In this document: one piece after another, positions 27,276-35,046 of the stretch
How positions within the stretch are numbered: position 1 is the stretch's first letter
Layout: every line of letters begins with the position of its first letter
DNA from: a candidate division WOR-3 bacterium
Lineage (GTDB): Bacteria > Hydrothermota > Tepidihabitantia > B3-TA06
Direction: 5' to 3'
NCBI GenBank assembly: GCA_965649265.1
Contig: CBFGKC010000011.1
Span: 60,453-101,034, forward strand
Length of the DNA stretch: 40,582 nucleotides
Notes under the pieces: generated by a model
Database searches by the model: none
Seen by the model: only the letters and a program-made list of their open reading frames with translations
What the model was told of the DNA's origin: nothing
Translations under genes and position numbers: made by a program

Positions 27276-27566
27276 TTAAAATCCGCCCATCGAGCCCACT
27301 ACGGCTGCGATGACGATTATTATGACGAACAGCACGACCCATACGCCCAGACATATCAGGGAAATGATAAGGCAGGTGTTACCGATCTTTTTGGCGCGCT
27401 CCGATAGCGCACCCGTCTTGAGAATGATTGCGAAGATGAGCCCAATAAGAGGACTGACCACCGAATAGATGTAGAGGAAGGTGAGATTTAAGAGATAAAG
27501 GATATCGATTGTCGCGTCAAAACGAACCCTTTTGGGGTCGTCGAACGTCATCGGTTCTTGATTCAC
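27276..27566 (-). CDS. Small membrane protein
   Basis: 96 aa; AAGGAGGAG RBS before GTG; hydrophobic segments flanking ERAKKIGNTCLI. Confidence 0.75.
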   Translation of the reverse strand: MNQEPMTFDDPKRVRFDATIDILYLLNLTFLYIYSVVSPLIGLIFAIILKTGALSERAKKIGNTCLIISLICLGVWVVLFVIIIVIAAVVGSMGGF

Positions 27567-27593
27567 GACTCCTCCTTACAAGTTACACTCAAA

Positions 27594-27667
27594 TACCCGG
27601 CAAAGGAATCGAACCTTTAACCTACGGATTAAGAATCCGCCGCTCTGCCTAATTGAGCTAGCCGGGC
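27594..27667 (-). tRNA. tRNA-Lys (CTT), CCA not encoded
   Basis: GCCCGGC/GCCGGGT acceptor stem, AGCTCAATTAGGCAGAGC D-arm, TT-CTT-AA loop, GGTTCGATTCC T-arm, discriminator A; promoter TTGACA-N17-TAAAAT at 27680-27708. Confidence 0.95.
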
Positions 27668-27710
27668 GGTTAAGGGTGAATTTTACGCGAGATGCACAGC
27701 TTTGTCAACA

Positions 27711-27843
27711 ACCCGTAACACAACCCGTACCCCTGCGTGGTAGAGTCTGACCCTTGGGATGCGTCTGCATTACGTAGGTCATTTTCATATGCAACAAAAC
27801 TACGAGGAAATAACACCCCCGTAACACACCCGTAACACACCAT
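27711..27843 (-). repeat. Dispersed element C, copy 2, just upstream of the tRNA-Lys promoter
   Basis: Minus strand GTGTTACGGG x2, GTGTTATTTCCT, ATGAAAATGACCT..ATGCAGACGCATCCCAAGGGTCAGACTCT, then GTGTTACGGG. Confidence 0.8.
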
Positions 27844-27887
27844 GCCCCAAAAAACATCGAATGATTTCTGGGGGACCCCTGAAATTT

Positions 27888-28002
27888 ACCCTCCCCTGGT
27901 GGGAGTGGTAGGGGAGGGGGAAGTGAACTTGTCCCCCTTATTAAGGGGGAACGGTCGAAGACCAAGGGGGATTAAGCTTTCTCTCGCCCTCCGGGATGAG
28001 GG
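27888..28002. repeat. Cluster of CCCCT..AGGGG palindromic repeats
   Basis: CCCTCCCCTGGTGGGAG..GGGGAGGG, TCCCCCTTATTAAGGGGGA, CTCTCGCCCTCCGGGATGAGGG. Confidence 0.7.
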
Positions 28003-28153
28003 TTACGCTCTGGAAGAGCGTCGGGTAAGGGTTCCCTTGACACCTGCCGCAACCCACATTACTATCGAACATGGCTAAGCCTGAAACACCTTCCAGGGGG
28101 CGCAATGTAAAAGAAAATTCCATGTCAGCTGATTCATAGAAGGTTGTGATGTT

Positions 28154-28906
28154 ATGAAATATACTTCAGCAATTCTAAAATTATACTTGAATTTAGAGAA
28201 CAAGAATCGTAATAAAGCGCTTACGGAGATTAAGAAAACACCTAAACTTCAAGAAAATGAAAATTGGTTGAGAAGGCTATAGAATTGATCTTGAAAGTAT
28301 TTTACAATAGGTCTCCAGCAAAGAATGAGGGAACATTAACGATAGTAGGTTTTCGTTTAACCGATGACTTGACAGTGGCCATCAATCATATCCTTACTGG
28401 GTGGTGGTTCGTGGCAATAATGATCTTTAGAGACATTTTCGAGAACATTCTATTACTCTAATTACTTTCAGGAAAATCGTTCGAGGATAAGCGAGTGGCA
28501 CTCAGCTGATTCAGACGAACGAAGGAAAAAATTTCGTCCTAAAATCCTTCGAGCTTCCTTGAAAAAAAGATTCCGCGAAGCTATTGAAGACGACGAACGT
28601 ATTAAGGCAATTGATAAACGCTATCAATTCTATTCTGAGTTAGGGACGCACCTGACTCTTAATGGTATTTTCTCAACTTCATATCACAAAAATTCGATGC
28701 AGGGTTGGTGCTTTTATAACAAGGAATACTTGTCTAAATACACTATGGAACTAGCTAATCTTTCAGGTCCTTCGATGGATTCTTTTACGAAAGCTTGGGG
28801 AGAAGAAAATATCCCCTCCGATGTGTTGAAAGAAATAAACTCCAGACTTGAAATATGGCCGAAAGGAAAAGAGGGTGAATCTTATTCCGATTTGAAATTG
28901 GATTAA
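28154..28906 (+). pseudogene. AT-rich doubly frameshifted gene, DUF5677/HEPN-like helical protein
   Basis: Three consecutive frames join into one protein: MKYTSAILKLY..ENE / LVEKAIELILK..FRDIFENILLL / NYFQENRSRISEW..RRKKFRPKILR..YQFYSELGTH. Shifts near 28262 and 28459. Confidence 0.65.
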
Positions 28907-28923
28907 ATACATTTTGATATTTA

Positions 28924-28950
28924 CGTAGGGGCCGACCTTCAGGTCGGCCC
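28924..28950 (+). repeat. GTAG-type REP palindrome, copy 2 (CGTAGGGGCCGACCTTCAGGTCGGCCC)
   Basis: Perfect GGGCCGACCT/AGGTCGGCCC inverted repeat after the GTAG head. Confidence 0.8.
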
Positions 28951-28956
28951 GCTTGA

Positions 28957-29040
28957 GTTCTCCTGGTTGCTGAGGTCGTTATGGGATATGTTTTTCTTGG
29001 CACGCTCGTGACCCTCATCGCAAGGAAGATGGGGCGGTAA
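28957..29040 (+). pseudogene. 3' remnant of a potassium-channel-domain gene
   Basis: VLLVAEVVMGYVFLGTLVTLIARKMGR-stop resembles the last helix of Ion_trans_2 domain proteins; cut on the 5' side at the REP. Confidence 0.55.
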
Positions 29041-29041
29041 C

Positions 29042-29290
29042 ACCCTCACCCTACCCTCTCCCAAAGGGCGAGGGTATATTATTTTCCCCACCAGGGGGGA
29101 GGAACTACTGAAGTGGACTACCCCTTCCCAGATGTGAGAGGTATCCTCTTTTGGAGTTTTTGGGGCGATGAATCTTAATACTTCCTCCGGTGCATTTTTT
29201 AGTCAGCAACTACCCTACGCATGGGCGGGAACCATTGGAACGACAAACCGATAATATCCCCCTCCCTGATGGAGGGGGTAGGGGGCGGAG
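29042..29290. repeat. CCCTCACCCTACCCTCTCCC..GAGGG family repeats
   Basis: Units at 29042-29075, 29085-29102 and 29257-29290. Confidence 0.65.
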
Positions 29291-29386
29291 AACCGCACGA
29301 CTCCACTTATGCTTGCACCGAGACAGGTTCGTGAAGGGTTTCAGCGCTTCTTTAATGCGCAGTCCTCATCAAAAGGGGAGGGGGTA

Positions 29387-29764
29387 CTATTTATCGATGA
29401 AAATCCGCCACTCGGAGATAAGGCCGTCGGTGATTCGGGCGGTCCAGATTAAGGTCGTTCTCGATTCTTTCTCAGAACCAAGGTGCGAGCCAGTGACTGT
29501 TCCGATTATGGCCGCGGCGTCCGAGCCGGAGACGAGCACGCTTCGTACGTGAATTTCATAATCTGGGAAAAGCCTGAAATACTCCTTCCAGCCGCCCTCC
29601 TCCCTTTCGAGCATCCTCTCCTGACACTGAGTTCTCTCGCCTGCGTAATCGATAAAGACGTGATCGGCGCTCATCAATCCGGACAACCCGTCAATGTCGT
29701 GCCGGTTGATCGCTTTTACGAACTTGAGGATTGTCCGTTTCGGATTATTTTCTTTGCTCTTCAC
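29387..29764 (-). CDS. SnoaL/NTF2-like protein
   Basis: KFVKAINRHDIDGLSGLMSADHVFID, W..YFRLFPDY, WTARITDGLISEWRIF. Confidence 0.85.
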   Translation of the reverse strand: MKSKENNPKRTILKFVKAINRHDIDGLSGLMSADHVFIDYAGERTQCQERMLEREEGGWKEYFRLFPDYEIHVRSVLVSGSDAAAIIGTVTGSHLGSEKESRTTLIWTARITDGLISEWRIFIDK

Positions 29765-29811
29765 GAATCTAACCTCAAAATGGCGTTGACATGTTTCGTT
29801 TTTCCGGGTTC

Positions 29812-29940
29812 GTGGGTCCCCAAAAGAATGCTTCCAGCATTATTTTGGGGTATTTTTGTCCATCTTTTGTCCCCTTTTTGTCCAGCTTTTTCTCTGCCCC
29901 ACAAATCTACTGCGTATCTTTGTGGGGACCCCGAAAGAAT
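29812..29940. repeat. Element E: two hairpins flanking a TTTTGTCC x3 array
   Basis: CCCCAAAAGAATGCT-TCC-AGCATTATTTTGGGG, three TTTTGTCC units, CCCCACAAA..TTTGTGGGG; near-direct repeats GTGGGTCCCCAAAAGAAT and GTGGGGACCCCGAAAGAAT at the ends. Confidence 0.6.
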
Positions 29941-29952
29941 TCTCATGACATA

Positions 29953-30798
29953 TTATTTCTGGCAGCTCGGACACACGTAACACGTTGAACCAAGGATACT
30001 TGACTTCTCTATCGTGGTCCCGCACTCGGGGCATGGCTGACCGATCATGCGTTTATCAAGTATTACCTTATATTTACCGGGCTTATCGTACAAATCGACC
30101 TCGGAATCGCGGCCGCCGAGTTTTAACGCGTCTTTAAGTGTCTTTTTGATGATGGAATGCAGGTTCTTACGTTCATCCTCGTGAATGTCGCGCGCCTTGC
30201 GTTTGGGGTGGATTTTGGCTTTGAAAAGTATGTCCTGCAAATATCCGTTGCCGATACCGGAATGCGCCTCGCCTTGTCGTATGAGTATGAATTTTATAGG
30301 CTTAGACGCGTACTTGTCGAGATAGTCAGAAAAAACCTTGAACGTGAAGGCCTTGTCGTCAACGAGCGAAACCTCCTCCTTGCCCAGCCAGCGGTGAGCG
30401 ATAAGTTGTTCATTAGTCAACACTTGGCACCAACCCCACGCGATGATGCGGTAGGAGAGCGCGTTCGAATCCACGAAATCGATGCGGACGTTCCATTTAT
30501 CCGGGATTGTCGATATGTCCTTGTGGTAAAGCAACTTACCTGATGTCTCAAGACCGAATATAAGGTTGAGGTCGTTCCCGAGATCGACGTATATCCCCTT
30601 GCCACTAGAGCTTACCGATTCGAATTTTCTGCCGATGAGTTTTCTTGAGAACTCATCGGCATTTAGGTTAATCATCTTCATCCGCAGCTGGCTTGCGGAT
30701 TCCTTCTCGTCAACGATCGCAGATTTAATCTTCTTTCCCTTCAATTCTTTATCCATTTGAATTGCGATATTTAAGGCCTCGGGTAACTCAAACGCCAT
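29953..30798 (-). CDS. Fpg/Nei-family DNA glycosylase-like protein with atypical N-terminus (MAFELPE)
   Basis: ELPE, GK, H2TH motif GIGNGYLQDILFKAKIHP, C-terminal CPEC..CPSCQ zinc finger; AAGGAGG RBS; promoter TTGACT-N17-TAGTAT at 30823-30851. Confidence 0.88.
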   Translation of the reverse strand: MAFELPEALNIAIQMDKELKGKKIKSAIVDEKESASQLRMKMINLNADEFSRKLIGRKFESVSSSGKGIYVDLGNDLNLIFGLETSGKLLYHKDISTIPDKWNVRIDFVDSNALSYRIIAWGWCQVLTNEQLIAHRWLGKEEVSLVDDKAFTFKVFSDYLDKYASKPIKFILIRQGEAHSGIGNGYLQDILFKAKIHPKRKARDIHEDERKNLHSIIKKTLKDALKLGGRDSEVDLYDKPGKYKVILDKRMIGQPCPECGTTIEKSSILGSTCYVCPSCQK

Positions 30799-30926
30799 GA
30801 AAATCCTCCTTATGCTTTGGGAATACTAATAGGAGAAAAGCATTAAGTCAATAGGATTATCGTAGAACTTGACATCTTGACAACCGCAGAGTAAGATAGT
30901 CCATTATCGAATATAAGGAGGAGTTC

Positions 30927-31430
30927 ATGCGTGAATCTGACGTAAGAATAGTCCGGCTTGAACCCATGCGTGTCGCTTGTGCAAAAGGATTCGGGACGAG
31001 CCCGGAAGCCGAAGCGTGGGGAAAAATTCTTTCGTGGGCGAAAGAAAAAGGATTGCTCGAAAAAAATAAAACCTATCGACTGTTCGGATTCAACAATCCG
31101 GAACCGACACCGGACAAACCGGAATACGGCTATGAGCAGTGGATTACCACTGAGAAAAATGCGGAACCGGGAGAAGACGTGCAAATCAAGGATTTCCCGG
31201 GCGGACAGTATGCGGTAGTTCGAACAAAGTTGAGCACTATCACCGAGTCATGGAAAAACCTGGTCGAATGGCTCCAGAAGAGCAAGTACGATTTCGGTCC
31301 ATATCAATACCTCGAGGAATGCCTTGGTGTTACGGGTGTTACGGGTGTTACGGGTGTTACGGGTTTTGAAGGGGGAGGACCCGATCTCGAAACCGAGTTC
31401 GACATCTACATGCCGATCAAGGAAAAATAG
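30927..31430 (+). CDS. GyrI-like small-molecule-binding domain protein
   Basis: VRIVRLEPMRVA, FGFNNP, YGYEQW, FPGGQYAV, W..LVEW, DIYMPI; AAGGAGGAG RBS; promoter TTGACA-N17-TAAGAT at 30869-30897. Confidence 0.88.
   Translation: MRESDVRIVRLEPMRVACAKGFGTSPEAEAWGKILSWAKEKGLLEKNKTYRLFGFNNPEPTPDKPEYGYEQWITTEKNAEPGEDVQIKDFPGGQYAVVRTKLSTITESWKNLVEWLQKSKYDFGPYQYLEECLGVTGVTGVTGVTGFEGGGPDLETEFDIYMPIKEK
31326..31361 (+). repeat. In-frame (GGTGTTACG)x4 tandem repeat encoding (GVT)4
   Basis: Four perfect 9-mers; same unit as element C. Confidence 0.95.
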
Positions 31431-31433
31431 GGG

Positions 31434-32231
31434 ATGCCGAAGTTAACGCTTCTTTCCTGGAACGTGAACGGGGTACGCGCCGCGGAACGCAAGGGGTTTC
31501 TGGACTGGTTCAAGAAAACGCAACCCGACATCCTTGGAATCCAGGAAACGAAGGCCCAGGCCGGACAGATAAAGGAAGAGCTCTTTTCACCCGAGGGTTA
31601 CAGCACCTACTGGTCGAGCGCCGAGCGCAAGGGCTATGCGGGCACTGCCGTTTTCACGAAACGGATCCCTGATAAAGTGGAATACGATCTCGGTGTCGAG
31701 CGCGAGGAGGGCTTTGAGAAGGGCTTTGCGGGCGAGGGACGTCTCATCATCCTTCACTATCCCGAATTCGTTCTCTTCAACGTCTACATTCCTAACGGCG
31801 GAGCCGAGAATCATCGTGTACCTTACAAGCTCGAATACTCCGACCGCATGCTCGAAGTCGCGGAGGAATTTCGCAAAGGGGGGAGAGGGGTAGTTATTTG
31901 CGGTGACCTGAACACCTGCCACAAGGAGATAGATATCGCGAGGCCGAAGCAGAATTTGAACCACACGGGTTTCATGCCCATCGAACGTGAGTGGATGGAT
32001 AAGTTCGTCTCCTTCGGATACGTGGATACGTTCAGACATTTCTATCCAGACAAGCGCGACGCGTATACCTGGTGGGACCCGCGATTCCATGCACGCGATC
32101 GCAACGTGGGCTGGAGGCTCGACTACTTCTTCGTCTCCAGCGAACTGGTTTCGAATCTCAGAACCGCATTCATCCTTTCGGACGTTCTGGGTTCCGACCA
32201 CTGCCCGGTCGGTATCGAACTCCAGGTATAA
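31434..32231 (+). CDS. xth: Exodeoxyribonuclease III
   Basis: SWNVNG, IQETK, KGYAG, EGR, NVYIPNG, CGDLN, YTWW, GWRLDYF, GSDHCPV. Confidence 0.95.
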   Translation: MPKLTLLSWNVNGVRAAERKGFLDWFKKTQPDILGIQETKAQAGQIKEELFSPEGYSTYWSSAERKGYAGTAVFTKRIPDKVEYDLGVEREEGFEKGFAGEGRLIILHYPEFVLFNVYIPNGGAENHRVPYKLEYSDRMLEVAEEFRKGGRGVVICGDLNTCHKEIDIARPKQNLNHTGFMPIEREWMDKFVSFGYVDTFRHFYPDKRDAYTWWDPRFHARDRNVGWRLDYFFVSSELVSNLRTAFILSDVLGSDHCPVGIELQV

Positions 32232-32262
32232 TGTTCCTTCCATTCACTCTAAGGAGTTTTCC

Positions 32263-33354
32263 TTGAAGATAGACTTTCTTCCTTCCGAATATCTAATCAA
32301 TGCTACCCGTGATGTTGGGGGAGGAATCGAGTCCGACTTTCTCTTGCGCGCACTCCGAATCAAGAATAACTCACGGACTCCAGCCGAGATCAGAAGCATT
32401 TCACTTGAAATAAAGACGGAAGAGATGCGTGTGAGAACTGTTTCTTATTCAGGAAGGATTCTTGCAATTCGAGCAAAGAGCCTGGTAAACACTGTAAAAA
32501 ATCTGGATGGACACGTAGCCCAGATGTTCCTGGGTACGAAGAAATTCTGGGACTGCGGGCTTCTCTCTTCGACTTCCAGGCTTGGACCGGATCAGGAATC
32601 GGGATTACTGCTTGAGTATTTCAGGATAACGGACAAAAAACATCCGATTACCGAATGCGCGATTACTGTTTCATACATCAAAGAAGGCGTTGAGAGGAAT
32701 GCACGAAGAACAATTCCGGTCACGCGGTACGAAAGCAAAAACGACTATATTTTCCCGCTCAAGGGAACCTGGTTCGTGTTGAACAACTACGACGATATTC
32801 ACATTCACCGCAAGATGCACTCGCAGGAATTTGGTATGGACCTTGTACAGTTGTCGGGTGAAATGAAAATAGCACCGACACCAAAAAGCAGCAACGAGGA
32901 ACACGCCTGCTACGGAAGAAAAATCTTTGCCATTGCCGATGGAGAGGTTGTGGACTCCTTCAATGATATCCCGGAGAATCCTCCCGGATTAGGATCACGG
33001 CTTCCAGATGAAGAATGGGAAGACATCAGGAAAAGATTCGGTTTTGTCCCGGGGATTGCGGGAAACTACGTAATATTAAAACACAAGGGAAACGAGTATT
33101 CCTTCTACGCTCACATGATTCCCGGTAGTGTGACCGCGAAAAGAGGGGAGAAGCTCAAACAAGGACAAGTTCTCGGTCGCTTAGGAAACTCAGGCAACTC
33201 CGACGCACCGCACCTTCATTTTCATTTGATGGCGGGACCGAACATACTTTCCGCACGAGGTCTTCCCTGTCGGTTTACCAATCTTACACACGCACTTGGA
33301 GATGAACCTTTGGGCTTCATAACGGAAACCAACTCGATAGTCAATGCCGAATAA
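32263..33354 (+). CDS. M23-family metallopeptidase with N-terminal beta domain
   Basis: H..QEFGMD, AIADGEVV, GNYVILKH, YAH, GRLGNSGNSDAPHLHFH. Start re-assigned to TTG 32263 after AAGGAG. Confidence 0.85.
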   Translation: MKIDFLPSEYLINATRDVGGGIESDFLLRALRIKNNSRTPAEIRSISLEIKTEEMRVRTVSYSGRILAIRAKSLVNTVKNLDGHVAQMFLGTKKFWDCGLLSSTSRLGPDQESGLLLEYFRITDKKHPITECAITVSYIKEGVERNARRTIPVTRYESKNDYIFPLKGTWFVLNNYDDIHIHRKMHSQEFGMDLVQLSGEMKIAPTPKSSNEEHACYGRKIFAIADGEVVDSFNDIPENPPGLGSRLPDEEWEDIRKRFGFVPGIAGNYVILKHKGNEYSFYAHMIPGSVTAKRGEKLKQGQVLGRLGNSGNSDAPHLHFHLMAGPNILSARGLPCRFTNLTHALGDEPLGFITETNSIVNAE

Positions 33355-34114
33355 CAACATCCCTTTAGCTCTCGCGCTCTCGGCGCTTGCCGGACTTGCG
33401 ACCACCGTTGGCAGCGTCATCGGGATATTCGTACGCAGACCGGGCCCCCGTTTCCTCTCCTTTACACTGGGTTTTTCGGCGGGCGTGATGATACTCGTTT
33501 CTTTCGTCGAGCTGCTTCCCAGGGGAATCAACAACCTCGGGATGTTCTGGGGACTTGCAGCTTTTTTTGCAGGAATGGGTCTTATGTTTCTGCTGGATGT
33601 TCTTCTGCCCCATTCTTACAAGGCAGAACAACCTGATGACCATGATAAGGATAAGTCAAGGCTCATGCGCACAGGACTCCTGGTTGCCTTCGGAATAGGC
33701 ATTCATAATCTTCCCGAAGGCCTGGCGGCGTTCGCGGGCACACTCCAGAATCTAAAGCTCGGGATATCGATCGCGATCGCCGTGGCCATTCACAATATCC
33801 CGGAAGGACTTGCGGTGTCGGCTCCCGTCTACGCGGCAACCGGTTCCAGGTCGAAGGCCTTCTGGTGGTCATTTCTTTCAGGCGTCGCCGAACCGGTCGG
33901 CGCATGCCTGGCGGCACTCGTGCTTCTGCCTTTCCTCAACGAAAAGGTCCTGGGTGCCGTTCTCTCGGGCGTTGCGGGGATCATGGTTTTCATCTCCGTC
34001 GACGAATTGGTTCCTGCCTCAAAAAGATATGGTTACGATCATCTTGCCATAATAGGGATGCTGTCAGGAATGATTATTATGGCTTTATCTCTGCTCCTGA
34101 TGCAAAAAAGCTGA
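33344..34114 (+). CDS. zupT: ZIP-family zinc transporter ZupT
   Basis: GFSAGVMILVSFVELL, HNLPEG, HNIPEG, SGVAEPVG, GIMVFISVDELVP. Confidence 0.93.
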   Translation: MPNNNIPLALALSALAGLATTVGSVIGIFVRRPGPRFLSFTLGFSAGVMILVSFVELLPRGINNLGMFWGLAAFFAGMGLMFLLDVLLPHSYKAEQPDDHDKDKSRLMRTGLLVAFGIGIHNLPEGLAAFAGTLQNLKLGISIAIAVAIHNIPEGLAVSAPVYAATGSRSKAFWWSFLSGVAEPVGACLAALVLLPFLNEKVLGAVLSGVAGIMVFISVDELVPASKRYGYDHLAIIGMLSGMIIMALSLLLMQKS

Positions 34115-34148
34115 ATAAACCGGATTACATAAATCGATGAATGGGGTC

Positions 34149-34176
34149 TTGACAAGACCGAGATAAAATATATACT
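34149..34176 (+). promoter_or_regulatory. Promoter TTGACA-N16-TATACT
   Basis: About 100 nt upstream of the Roadblock gene. Confidence 0.7.
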
Positions 34177-34283
34177 GACTCATAAAAGAGTACATTAGCA
34201 TATCCGTTATGTGTGAAGTGGGTCGAGCATAAAACAGCTAAATAAAAAGAAACTCTAAGGCTTATTCTCATAGGCGGTGTAAT

Positions 34284-34727
34284 ATGAGTTCAACGCTCGA
34301 GAATGTACATAAGGTTTTGAGGGAACTTATAGACGGTACGCCTGGTATTACATTAGGGATGTTATTGGACGAGGAGGGGCTCCCTCTTTATCTCTATCCC
34401 TCATCCGAAGTATCTGAAAATCAGATTGATAAAGCTGCAATTTCGGCCTTGAATCTCCTGAGTACGGCCGAGAAGACTTCCGTACAACTTGATTTGCAGG
34501 GACTCAAAGGTGTACTCGTAAGAACCGAAAATGGTTATGTCTACGGGATAAGGGTTCAAGGCCTAAGAAAAAGCACTTTTGTCGCAAGGACCGACCCCAA
34601 TATCGCTTTAGGCGCATTGTTTATGGCAGTCCACGAAACGTGCAACCGTCTTAACGTGATTCTGGCCGATCTGTCTTCTCCATCTAACCTGATTGAGGGT
34701 CTCACACTCGGAAAAGCATCGAGATAA
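34284..34727 (+). CDS. Roadblock/LC7 (MglB-like) protein
   Basis: LRELIDGTPGI..MLLDEEGLP, AAISALNLLSTAEK..QL, VLVRTENGYV, NIALGALF. Confidence 0.9.
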   Translation: MSSTLENVHKVLRELIDGTPGITLGMLLDEEGLPLYLYPSSEVSENQIDKAAISALNLLSTAEKTSVQLDLQGLKGVLVRTENGYVYGIRVQGLRKSTFVARTDPNIALGALFMAVHETCNRLNVILADLSSPSNLIEGLTLGKASR

Positions 34728-34879
34728 GAAGGAATACAGGAGATCTGTTGTCCATTTTTACAAGCATGGAATTACATCGTTTCGACAGCAAATATTATCG
34801 GTTCGACTCTTTTTCAAAAAAGAGTCAAAAAGACTTATCGCAATCAAACTGCACACAAATACCTAGGGCATATTGCTTA

Positions 34880-34907
34880 TTGACATCGCCTGTAGTAGCA
34901 CTATAGT
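34880..34907 (+). promoter_or_regulatory. Promoter TTGACA-N16-TATAGT for the signalling operon
   Basis: Followed by a leader of about 135 nt, then GAGGAG RBS and ATG 35047. Confidence 0.7.
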
Positions 34908-35046
34908 TAAACTAAGGAGATGGTTCTGAAACCGTCGAGTTCGAGTTAAGGATAAGTAAATAAGGTAAGGAGTTAAGTATTGATCAGGAGCGCCATCGGT
35001 TTTGTCTATAAACCGATTGGATCTAAAAAAGTTCTGAGGAGACGCA

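Noticed and set aside
24292-27667. Integrative element or prophage between the two tRNAs
   Set aside because: No integrase, no duplicated tRNA 3' end seen, and the enclosed genes look like native content.
27705-28123. ORFs 27705..27965, 27842..28078, 27941..28123 and similar ones at 13817, 20476, 20544 and 29190
   Set aside because: Translations of repeat/palindrome DNA (PPPLPLPPGEG etc.); only the element C core peptide is kept as a hypothesis.
27844-29166. GCCCCAAAAA(A)C / GTTTTTGGGGC as terminal inverted repeats of a transposon
   Set aside because: Only about 11 nt, low complexity, unequal A-run, no target duplication and no transposase.
31987-32262. Long N-terminal extension of the M23 ORF, and similar extensions at 3628 and 36675
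   Set aside because: They overlap well-supported upstream genes; downstream starts at 32263, 3688 and 36738 have proper SD sequences.
34183-34283. Riboswitch in the Roadblock leader
   Set aside because: No recognisable aptamer consensus or strong structure by eye.
34805-34830. GACTCTTTTT/AAAAAGAGTC inverted repeat as the Roadblock terminator
   Set aside because: AT-rich stem with the U-tract on the opposite strand; cannot be assigned confidently.
34920-34949. Leader peptide MVLKPSSSS as a serine attenuator
   Set aside because: AAGGAG abuts the ATG with no spacing, and no terminator/antiterminator pair is evident.
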